In this document: piece by piece, positions 35,932 to 47,900 of the stretch
How positions within the stretch are numbered: position 1 is the first letter of the stretch
Layout: each line of letters begins with the position of its first letter
Virus record (IMG/VR): IMGVR_UViG_3300044638_007755
Reading direction: 5' to 3' (one strand)
DNA length: 64,000 nt
Origin: an uncultured virus (IMG/VR IMGVR_UViG_3300044638_007755)
Lineage: Duplodnaviria; Heunggongvirae; Uroviricota; Caudoviricetes
The notes under the pieces: model-generated
Told to the model about the DNA's origin: nothing
Seen by the model: the letters and a program-made list of their open reading frames with translations, nothing else
Databases searched by the model: none
Program-made: the position numbers and the translations under genes

Positions 35932-38900
35932 ATGGCACAAGCTTTTAATTTAACAGCTCAATTAAATTTGAGAGGTCCTAATAATGTTGGTAAGATTGTA
36001 TCTCAAATAAAAAAACAACTGGGAACAATTAATGCCAATGTTAATATAGCAATTAATCCAGCAGCCATACAAACTGTTACACAACTCAATTCTGCTCTTA
36101 CAACATTAAATACAACTCTTGCTACAACATCAGCTAACGCTACTACAACCGCTGCTGCTGTTAATAGTTTAATGCAAGCCATGAATGCTGCTGCAAACTC
36201 TAATATTAATCAGTCGTTAAATAATGCTTCTAATGCTGTTCAGCAGTTGGGGGCAAATGCTAATGCTGCTGCTGGAGGAGGTGCTGGTGGAGGTGGAGGT
36301 GGAGGGGTTACACAATTACGAACCGAAATGGAAGAGTTCGGAAGACAATCTGCTCTCGCAGTTAGAAGATTTGCCGCTTTTAGTCTTGTAACATCAACAG
36401 TATTTGCATTAACTAATGCTTTTAACCAAGCCTTTAAAGCTTTTATTGATTTTGATAAAGAGTTTGTTAAATTACAACAGGTCACCGGCGAATCTGCTGC
36501 TAGACTACAAAACTTAGCAGGAACTATTACTGAACTTTCTACCAGTCTTGGAGTTTCTTCTTCTCAATTAGCAGTAGTATCATCTACTCTTGCTCAGGCT
36601 GGTCTTAGTGCAAAAGATACAGAAAGAGCTCTTAAGGCTTTGGCTTTGAGTTCTTTAGCTCCATCATTCGACGATATGAATCAGACAGTAGAAGGATCAA
36701 TCGCTTTAATGAGACAGTTCGGTATTAGCGCAGATCAATTAGGTGCTGCATTAGGTTCTGTTAACGCAGTATCTGCTCAGTTTGCTGTTGAATCTAGCGA
36801 CATTATTGCTGCTATTCAGCGTACTGGTGGAGTGTTCGCATCTGCTAGTAAGGGAGTTAGTGAAGGTACTCAAGCTTTAAATGAATTTATTGCAGTATTT
36901 ACAAGCGTTAGAGCTACTACTCGTGAAAGTGCTGAAACTATTGCTACTGGTTTGAGAACAATTTTTACTCGTATTCAACGAGGAAGTACTATAGAAGCCT
37001 TAAAAGAGTTCGGAGTAACTCTCACAGATGCCGAAGGTAAATTCGTTGGAGCATATAAAGCTGTTGAATTATTATCTAGAGGATTAAATAGTATAGATCC
37101 AAGAGATTTAAAGTTTTCTCAGATTATAGAAGAGCTTGGTGGATTTCGTCAAATTGGCAAAGTTATTCCTCTTATTCAACAGTTTGGAACAGCACAACAA
37201 GCTTTGGCAATAGCTCAAGGAGGACAAACATCTTTAACAGAAGATGCTATAGTTGCTCAACTATCTTTAGCTAATCAATTTGCTAAAGTTAGAGAAGAAT
37301 TTGTTGCTATGGTAAGAGAAATTGGAGGAACAGATACTTTTCAAACTCTCGCCAAAGGAGCATTACAACTAGCAAGTGCTTTAATTCAAATAGCAGATAG
37401 TGTAAAGGGGGTTTTGCCAGTTCTTGCTGTGATTACTGCTGTTCGTGGGGCTGGAGCACTGAGACAGTTTGGAAGAGGTTTTGTTGGAGGTATGAGAGGA
37501 GGACAACAAAACGCTGCAGCAGGAGGTATGATACGAAAGTATGCTATTGGAGGACAAGTACCAGTAGCTCTTATGCCTGGAGAAACTGTTGTTTATCCCG
37601 ATATGGTGAATAGAATTGGAGTACCAAAACTAAGACAATTAAATCATGCTGATAAAAAAATGGCTAGGGGTGGTGGAGTTGGCTTGGTTCCAGGTAAAGG
37701 ACGTACTGATAGTTTCAAAACAACATTACCAGTAGGTAGTTTTGTTATTAGAACAGATGCTACAAAAGCTTTGGGTGGTCCAGTAGGAGTCATGAAAGAA
37801 GCTCGATATCAGGGTGGTGGATATGTTCAGCGTTTTAGGAAAGGAACTCAAAACAAACTACAAAAACGAACCCAGAGAACCCATTTTGGACCTAAAACTC
37901 CTTTGAGTCCAGAAGAAGCTAAATTAGCTGAAAGTATGGGAACAGGATCTTTACGTGTTGTAGCAGGTAAAACTGAAAGACAGATTAATTTTCAACCGAA
38001 TATAGATTCTTTAATTAATCAAAGACTAAGAAGAGGAACCCAAAAAACAGGAGTACCTAAAACAGACTTATTAAAAGATATCTCACAAAGATCGGCTATA
38101 GAGCTCTTTGAAGCTAAAGGTATACCAGCAACTATTTTCAAACAATTAGTTGCTTCTAAAAAACTAGACGGATTAAAAGATGCATTATTAAAGGGAGTAA
38201 AAAGTAAAAAAGTACCAGCATTATTAAAGTCGGATTCTGAACTAGATTTTATCCTAAAAGATTTTATTAAACCATACTTAGGAAAAGTTAAAACATCTGC
38301 TGGAAGCTTATGGGATGAATTAGTACAATATCAAGCACTTACTAATCCTAGAGAAGTAGGAGGAAGAACAACATTACCAACAGTCAAAAAATCATTAAGT
38401 AAAACACTCGGAGAGACATTGGCTTTTGGTGGTTTAATTCAAAAATTTGGTAAAGGTTCTTTTAAGCCTTTGGAAAGTATGGGTAAATCAGATTTACTAA
38501 AAGAAGCTCTTGACAGCGGACTTTTAGAGAGAGTACCAACAGGATTTAGAGAAAGTATAGATAAAAGAAGTAAATCATTTGATCAAGTTATATATGATAA
38601 ATTATTAAAAGACTTAGGAGAGAAAAGAGGATCAGCAGAAGTCTCTGCCACACGAACATCTAAAAGAGCAAAAAAAAGAAATATAGCAGTTGTCGGATTG
38701 GGTGGAGAAAAGTCTTCTACTGAATTAACTACGCCAGGAATAGAAGCTAACCTTAAAAAGGGCACAAGGGCATTTCCAGGAGTTCCAGCAACTTTACAAA
38801 CAGGATCATTACCTCCAGATGTAGCTAAAAAAGTACAAGCTATTATTCGTAATCAAAGTGAAAGAATAGCTTCTGTAGTTGGAAAATTAATAGCAGGTAA

Positions 38901-41900
38901 AGCTGGATCAACACCAGTTACAGATAAAAAACAAATTAGAGCTATTGTAGGTAAACAACTAGATAATTTATCTGGACTATTGTTCGAGAGTGGTCTTGCT
39001 GTTGCTGGGGCTCCATATGATCCTGCGTCTAAAGCTATAGACTTTAGCAAAGGACTAGGCGATAAATTAGGTACTATGTTTGGCGTAGATCCAAAAGCTC
39101 TTACTGACGCTACAAATCAAGCAACAAAAGAAGTAGCTAAAACCAAGGTTGCTAAAGGACAATTCGATAGAGGTCGTAAAGCTGCTTTAGTATCTAAAAG
39201 ACAACAGAAAAGAAATTTTGGTGGTTTTATCCAGAGATTTGCAAAAGGATCATCAACTCCAGTTCGCAATCTCGGATATATCGATGGAGACGTATTAAAT
39301 GATCCCGCCAATGCCGAAATTGTTCGTAAAGAAATGGAAAGACTGGGAATTACAGATATTCATAAATATAAATCTCATCTGTCAACTATGTCGGCTGCAA
39401 GAAGAAAGTCCGGAGATCTTAGTAGATTAAGTACCATATATGGAGTTGCAGGATCCGGGAAAAGTACATTTGTTCAAGGAGGCGCAAGAGCAGCCGAAGC
39501 AGATAATGCAAAATTACGCAAAACTAATAGATATCCAATTTTAACAGAAGAAGATGTATTAAGATCTAGTCAAATTATAGATTCTACATCTGTTGCTGGT
39601 CCCAACCAAAAAGAAGTACTAAGTCAATCAGATAGAATTGTTAATTTGTCTTCTAGGACCAAAGAATCTCAAGAAGTTTTAAAAGGTAATAGAAAAAGTA
39701 GAGACTTAACAGGTAAGGGATTATTTGGTCGTAAACCAGGAGCCACCAAGGATGCATCATTAGATAGCGGGCCGGGGGAAGCATATATTGCTGCTAGTGA
39801 GGTGTCTGGTGTTAATCCCAAAAAGGTTGCAACCTATGCAATAGGTCCAAACTTTAGCAAAAAAAGAACTAGTCAACCAAAAGTGAGATCTCCAGAAAAA
39901 ACGGGTTTATTCTATGGTAATTTTGGTCCTACTACTTCTGGACATTTGAGCGTTGTAGAAGAAGCCAAGAAAAGAGGAATTAAACCTGAAGATTTTGTTG
40001 CTTTAGTTAGTGGAGATACTCCTATAGACTATGCTAGTGCTGATGAACATTCTAAAAGAACAGCTATTTTTCCACAAACTTCAAAAACCGGACCTTCTAG
40101 ACTAGGAATGGCAAGAGCCACGTTCGGAGCTGTGGGAGCTAATGTAGCAGCAATGCCGAAGGGGAGTGGTCCTGGTAGTATACCTAGTGCATTTAAGGTA
40201 GGAGACGACTCATATATTGTTCCAAGAGGACAAAAAGATATTGCTTTTGCCGGAGACGAAAAAGGAGAAGGTTCTCTAAATCAGTATACAAAATCAGGAT
40301 ATTCAGTAGAGTCTTTACCCAGAACAGGAGGTATCAGCGGAACAGATGCTAGAAATGCCATAATGAATAATGATATGGTAGCAATGAAAAAATTGCTGTC
40401 ACCAGAGGGAATGTCTTATGTACAACAACATTTAGAAACCATACAAAAGAGACCCGGTATATTAGATAGTATTTTACAAAGATTTCAGGAGAACAGTCAA
40501 TCAGGAAAAGGATCTGCTGGAAGACTATCTTCGGTTAAAGAACAACTCTCGAAACTACCAGCCAGAAAAAGTAAAACCACACCTCCCGAAGTAGTGGAGC
40601 AAATGGAGAGTTTGAGAAAAGAAAGAGACAAACTAACTAGTAAAGTAGGTAGAAGACCAGCTAGAATGTTATCTAGATTAGAGTCTAGAAGACCAAAAGC
40701 TGTTGGTGGAATTATTCAAAGATTTGGAAGAGGTGGACTAAGTAATCGTTTGGGTGTTTTTGATTTTGATATGACAACAGGAGAAGGTGCACAACAAGAA
40801 ACACCAAGCTTGTCTGGATTTAAAAATCCTGACCTAGCTGTTCCAGACATACTAGGAGCTAAGCCTACTGGTGTGATTAAGTTAATGAAACAATATGGAG
40901 CTAGTAGACTATTAACTGCTCGAAGTGGTGGACCAAAAGGAGAAATGACAACAGCACTAGGATCCTTTTTTAAGAAAAATGGAGTATATTTACCATCTAA
41001 TAGAATTGAAACATTAGGAGATCAAGTTAACAACCTTTCTACAGCAGAAAAAAAGGCCAGATCTTTATATGATTTGGTTAAAAAATATGGGGGAGTTGAT
41101 TTTTTTGATGATCATCCAGACAACATTAATGCCGCTAAAATGGTGAGGGGTGTTGATGCTCGTAGAGTTAAATTGAGAAAGGCTGCAGGAGGAGAAATAC
41201 CAATTATCGCCCAAGAAGGCGAATATGTAGTTAATAGAAAATCAGCACAATCTTTTGGATATGATAATCTTGCTAAAATTAACAAGTATCATAGTGGTGG
41301 TAGGGTTGGTAGAGTACAGAAATTTGCTAGTGGAGGTCAGCCCAAACTAGACACTCTAGGAGCTACTGCGACAGGATTAAGTCCTAGAGCATTTCAAATA
41401 TTTGAAAAAACACTATTTAAAGTTAGCGATTTATTTAATGGAATGGGAGCAAGAACACTAAAAACCACCCAAGCTATGGATATGATAGCAGCAGTATCTC
41501 CTCAACTAGCTGCTGATATACAATATAATGGAATGGTCCATAAGAGAACAGCAACAGCACAAGAGTCGGTGGCTGTTCGCTATGCTACATTGATGCAACA
41601 GCTACAGAAAACTAATCTTACACAACAGCAGTTGGATAAGATCACTGCAGCGTATTCTAATACAATCCAAGCAGACACCAACGCTAAAAACTTATCTATC
41701 ATGCAGACAAAAAGCTTAGGTAGTAAAATAGCATCAGCTTGGAATAAGGCAAGTGGAATAGTATCTCAAGCAGCTTCGTCTTTTGCTGCTACTTTGGGTA
41801 AAAAAACAAGTACGGCCACACCTTCACCAGCAACCAATCCTCAACCGTCAGGCATTAGTCCAGCACAGCAAGTAGCTCAATTTCAGTCCCAAGGAATACA

Positions 41901-44900
41901 AGGAGCAGCTTTAAAACAAGCTATGCAAAATGCTGGTTATGGTAAAGGGGGAGTTAATAATCCAATTGCCCAACAAGCAATTTCTCAAGTACAGGGTATG
42001 TCTGCCCAAGCTCAACAAGCTCAAACACAAAGACCATCCATGATGGGTCGTATTGGACAAGGTGTTAGAGGAATAATGGGCGGCCAAGCTAGTATGTCTA
42101 TGGGATTTGCTTTACCTATGTTAGCAAGCTCATTAACTAGCGAAGAGCCAGTATCAGCAGAACAAGCTAAGAGTAATGCTACACTAGGAGGAGTAGCTAC
42201 AGGTGCTGGTATAGGAGCATCTTTAGGAGGACTGCCCGGAGCTCTTATTGGTGCTGTGGGAGGACTAATTACTGGTATAGATGCTGGAGCTAAAGCTGCA
42301 CGTCAATTCGCTATAAATATAGCAAGAAACAAGATAGAAGATAGTGGTGAAAAACTAGCAAAAACTTTTGAGGAAATTAATAAACAGAGTTCAGCGACTC
42401 CAGCTCAATTAGCTTCTTTAAATACTGCTTTAAAAGCTAGTATAAACGCTGCTTTAGAATCTGGAACACAAGCTTTACCAAAAGCCAGCTTATCTCAACT
42501 ATTGACCGAAGTTGGAGTAGCGGCTCTAGGTGGAGGTCAAACGTCCACCAAAGAAAATGTTGATACTAGAGCAGCTATTTTCGAACAAAAAGGATTTATG
42601 GGACTTATAAAAGCTATGAGAGGTGGACAAGATGTAGAAAATAGTATGTATAGAGATATTGCTCCTACGCTAGCCAGAGAAACATCCAAAGGATATGCTG
42701 TTGCTGCTAGTCAAGCAAAGAGCGTATTTGAACAACAGTTTAAACAAGGACAATCCATAGAAGACTTAATGAATGGACCAGAATGGAATAAGCAAGCAGA
42801 AGTATTAGCAAGATCTAATGCCGCTATTCAAGAGCAAATATTGTTAATACAAAATCTTAGTGGTGTGTCTGAGACGGAGAAAAAAGCTCGCATAGACAGT
42901 ATTATTGCTACAGAAGCTGAAGGTCAAGCAAGAAAACAGTTCTCAGAAGTTAAAATTGCTGAAGATTTAAAGAAACTACAAAAGGATATCAATAATCTTT
43001 CTTTTTCATTCAACAGAATGCTTGGAAACATGGATGCCGCAGTTCAATCATCGGTAGCCAATCTTGCTAAATTAGACGAATCATTATCCTTATCGTCAGC
43101 TTCTTTATCTGGCGGGGCTAAAGTTGGAGGATCATCTTCTGGCGTTCAGAATACATTAGATGTACTTAAAAATCCACAAGGATATAGTGAGAGCCAAAAG
43201 AACACAGCATTCAGTAGAGCAGCCAGCCCATTTGGGTCTCAGGCCGGTAATATAGAAAAAGTACTTAAAGCTGGTTCTGGATTAGAATCTACTATTTTAG
43301 GAACAATTAATAAAACTCTTTCGGGAACACCAAAAGGAGAAACTCAAGAAGCAGTTACAGCAAAGATAGAATCGGCTATTAGAGGACAGCTCAAAGACTT
43401 ACAATTACCTCCGTCTCTTGCCGATAAATTATCCAAACAAATAGGACAGTCTGTTGGAAAACTTAGACAAGATGGAGAAGACACTGTTGACTATAGTCAA
43501 TTAATAGAAAGTGTACCAGAATTATCTAAAACTATAGACTTATTTAAAAATACTGCTGACCAAGCATCTAAAGCTATGGAGTTTAATAAACAAGCTTTTG
43601 ATAGATTGTCTGAGGCTACTAATCAACAAATAGACCTAACTGTAGAATCTAATGCTCGCACAAGAAATGCTCAAAACATTCTAGCTAAAGGATCTATGGA
43701 CTTAAATAAAGCACTAGGAATGAATGTTTCGTTAGGAGCACGTAGATCAGCTATTGAAAGTCCAATTAGGTCCATGACAGGTGGTACCACAGATCCGTCT
43801 GCTATAGGTATGAATTATAACAGACTAGAAGCACAAAGACAACAATTACAAACGGGTAGGAATCAAGCTGCTGCCAGTGGTGATGTTGGAGCAGTAAGAG
43901 CATTTGATAATCAGCTAGCACAAACAAATACTTCTTTAAGAGAAAATATAGATGCTTTAAAGGGTATGGCAGATAGTTCGGAATTAGCATCAGCAGCACT
44001 AGATGAAATAGACAAAGCACAAAAGCGTCAACAGGCTGGTGTGGGTTTCATGGAGAAGTTGGTAACATCTACTCCTAAAGAATTAGCAAATATGAATCAG
44101 GCTTTTGCTAGACTAGATGCAAATATGAAAGGAATAGCTGTTGGAGGAACCAATCCTGAACAAAGAAAACAAAGTTTGGAAATGTTTCAAATGATAGCTC
44201 CTTTTCTAGGCGATCAAGAAAAAGGATTACAAGCAAATGTCCTACAAAGTATGCTACAAGAATCTGGTGTAGGCATATCTCCAATGTTACAACAAGTTCT
44301 TGATGGTATGAGAAATCCCACTGCTGATCCTCAACAGGCTCTAGCTATACAAACATATCAAGAAGCTACTCAGAAACAAGCTGAGGCTAATTTGCAATTA
44401 GCAACTATGAATACTAATTTAGCTAATGATATTAGTACAAAAACAGGTAATGCCGTAGCAGCAGCTATTCAAAGCAATAATATTAAATTTGAACAAAAAC
44501 AATTAGACGATTTAATAAGTAGAATTAATATAGTTCCAACAGACGTAGTCCCGGCCGTTGGTAAGGCCGACGGAGGTCTTATTTATAAGGCTGTTGGAGG
44601 AAGCATATTTAAGCCAAAAGGCACAGACACCGTACCAGCGATGTTGACTCCTGGAGAGTTTGTTGTCAATAGATCTGCAACACAAGCTAATTTGCCACTA
44701 CTGAAATCTATAAATAATGGATATAGTAAGGGAGGAAAAGTTAAATATTTGGCTGGTGGAGGATATGTTAGCAGTAATATTCTTAAAAAAGATGTTGATG
44801 TACTTAATCCAAGTTTGAATACCGATCAAGATATATCTAATGATAATTTACCAATTTATAATCCAGAATTATTTCCTACAACAGACGCTAAGAAATTTTC

Positions 44901-47900
44901 TAAACTTTCCGGATTTATCTCTTCTACTACTAGATCATGGAGTTATGCTGGTATAGTTAACGGATTATCCACTTATCTTAATGAGCTTAAGAAATCTGGA
45001 GGATCTAGTGATTATTGGGGCGGACAAGAAATAAGATCTGCTGCTGATGTTAATGACTATAATACTAAAATTATAGCTAATGGTGGACCAGACATGAGCA
45101 AGTTTCCTATCGATTTCATGACAGGTAGTACAGAAGAATTTGGGTATGCTCCAAGTTTTCAATTAGAAACTAAAAGATCTGGTTTTGGTAATCGGTGGAT
45201 GCTTCCCAGTATTAGTTCGTTAAAAGACTCAGGTAATGCAACAGCTGCTGGTAAACTAGAAAAATCAATAAAAGCACAGACACTTGTTTCCAATATTCCT
45301 TTTGATGCAGAAATTTTGAATAAGATTATATCTAACTCAATTTCAACCATTATAGGATCAGCAAAATTAAGAAAGGGAAAGTCAGCAGCAGATATTACAA
45401 AATATTCAGAAAAAAAATTATTAGACATTAATGAATCATCAGATTATGGATATGTAGGTAATCAATTAGACATTCTAGATGCAGCCAGATCCGCTAGTTC
45501 AATAGCAAAAGTTTTTGAGCCAATAGATATTATTAAAAATAAATTGCAAGATAAGCCATCATCACTTGGAAGTGCAGTCTTAGGGATATCCGATGTAGCA
45601 AAATTATATCAGATGAGTGCTGGTGGTGGATTTAGATTTGATCCTAACGCTATAGATCCAGATAAATATATGGGAGGAGTTTTTGTATCTCCTAATAAAA
45701 AAGAAAGTACTGTTATAGGATCCAACTTTAAAGGTAATGTTTTAGCTGGTGCTGCTGGAGCAGGTAGTGGTGGAGGTAGTAATGGGGTAGGTTTTTCTGA
45801 AAATTCAATGGCTGTTGGACTTCCTACAGAAGCTACTATTGGTAGTAAATTACTCAATACACAAATGTTAGATGTTCTCAAAACAAAAGCAACAGAATAT
45901 GAAACCGCTGTAAATACCGCTTATAGTGAATTAGATACATATATCAAAAATCCAGATAATTTTAATAGTACTAGCACACAAACTCAAAAAGCAAGTAATA
46001 TTAGTGGATTATTACGTAGAATATATGATAGTAATTGGCCAGGATTATATATAAAACTACCAACAGATAATTTAAACGATGAATGGAAATCTAAAGGAAC
46101 TAATGGTTTAGCGATCTTTAAACCCGATCTAGCAAGTATATGGGAAGCAAAAATTGCCCTAGCATTAACTACTCCAAATAAAGATCTATATAAAAAAGCT
46201 AAAGGATATAAGCTAAATGGAGAGCCCTCTCTAGTAAAAATAGGCAATCAAAGTCAAGAAACCATAGAGGCGGCTGGTGAAGAATACTTAGACGGGGTTA
46301 AATCTTTTCCGTGGATCGGAGATATTAAACTAGCTGAAGAATTTTCTAACAATATTTTAAGACTCGAACAAGAAGCAAGTCAAAAGAGTTTTGTTTCAGC
46401 TTTTAAAGTAGATGAACAACCCATACCAGAAAAAGTAACGCTCGATAAAATTACACTAGATAAATTAGGTCCTGGGTTTTCTAAAGACACCAAGGCAGAA
46501 TTTGGTTTTCAATACAGAAATATTGAGGTACCTAAACTCTCAAGAAATACGGGATATGCTCCTCCTCAAAACGGAGAGATTCTTAAGGGAATAATAGTAT
46601 CAGCAGGTGGCGCTCTAGACACTTCTGTACTGAATCCTTTTCTAGGAGAAGACATAACTGCTGGTAAAGGAAATATTTTTGCAAACAGTCTTGATGAAAT
46701 AAAACAAAAATTAATTGATACTTATACTAAATATTTTGAGGGAGATCAAGCAGCTTTTACCAGTTTTTCTTTGGCTACATTAGCAACACCACAGACATGG
46801 ATGACAGATTTGGAAAAATTAAATGCTTATACTACAGAAGATGGTCTTATTACAAATCCATGGTTTCCAAAAATATCTGCAGATGCATATAAGAATCAGC
46901 TACTAACATCCCCTGGTTCTGGTGGACAAGCAACAACCATACCAGGAGCAACAATATCTATTGGAGATAAACTCAAAACAGCACAACAATTAATCAATCA
47001 AATTATTGGTCCGAAGATCGGAGTTATAAGAGCATTTGGATATGGTCTCTCTCCATTAAGCGTTCCCGCTCAAATTGGACAATATGCTGAAGGTCTTATA
47101 TCTTTATCAAAATCTTTTGGAAGTAAAATTGTTGGTCAAAATGGATCTGTGAATCCTAATCTTGCTGATGTATGGGGTCGTATTACTGCTGTTGGAGAAA
47201 CTTTTAAGTTTTTAGCTAAAGATGATTTATTAGGATTAAGCAATAAGATTGGACTAGGCCAATCAGCTATGGGTGTTCCAGATACTGGAGCCATATCATC
47301 ACAGGTTGCTCAATATGCTCAATTCTTAGCAACACAAGGAACATTCTTGGCTGGTGTTAGTGGTCAAGCCCAGCAGACTTTAGAAAAACAAGTTACTGGA
47401 GATCAACAGATTGCTAGTACCTCTTTGAGTGGCGGTAAATCACAAAGTATATCAGATATATTTAAGGGAGCATCCGATACAACTGTTGCTAAAGATGGTA
47501 AAATCCAAAGCAAAGAAGCTACTCCACCAAAGACCTTATTAGATTTAGGTAAGAAGGTTTTTAATCCATATAATTCATTTGCTAATCCAAACGATAGAGC
47601 TAGTCTTATAGATTATTTAATGTCACAAATTAAGGATCAGGTAAATCCTTATTTTAAGTCTGGTGTTACAATATTAAGAAATTATTTATTGGGCATGGAT
47701 ACTTTGATAAGTGGAGCAACAGTTAATGAACAAGATTTGGATGTTAACTACAAAGGCGCTAATAGTGCTTTATTAGCATTAACTAACGGGGAATTTGGCG
47801 CATTACCTAATGTTCAAAAAATTAAAGAACTAGCAGCATTTAGAGCTGCTCAACAACAAGCTAAAAAAGACAAAGCAAAGCAGGAAGCTCAAAATCCTGG

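Noticed and set aside
36268..36308. GGT/GGA-rich tract in the TMP
   Set aside because: It is a poly-Gly linker within the reading frame, with no sign of a separate element
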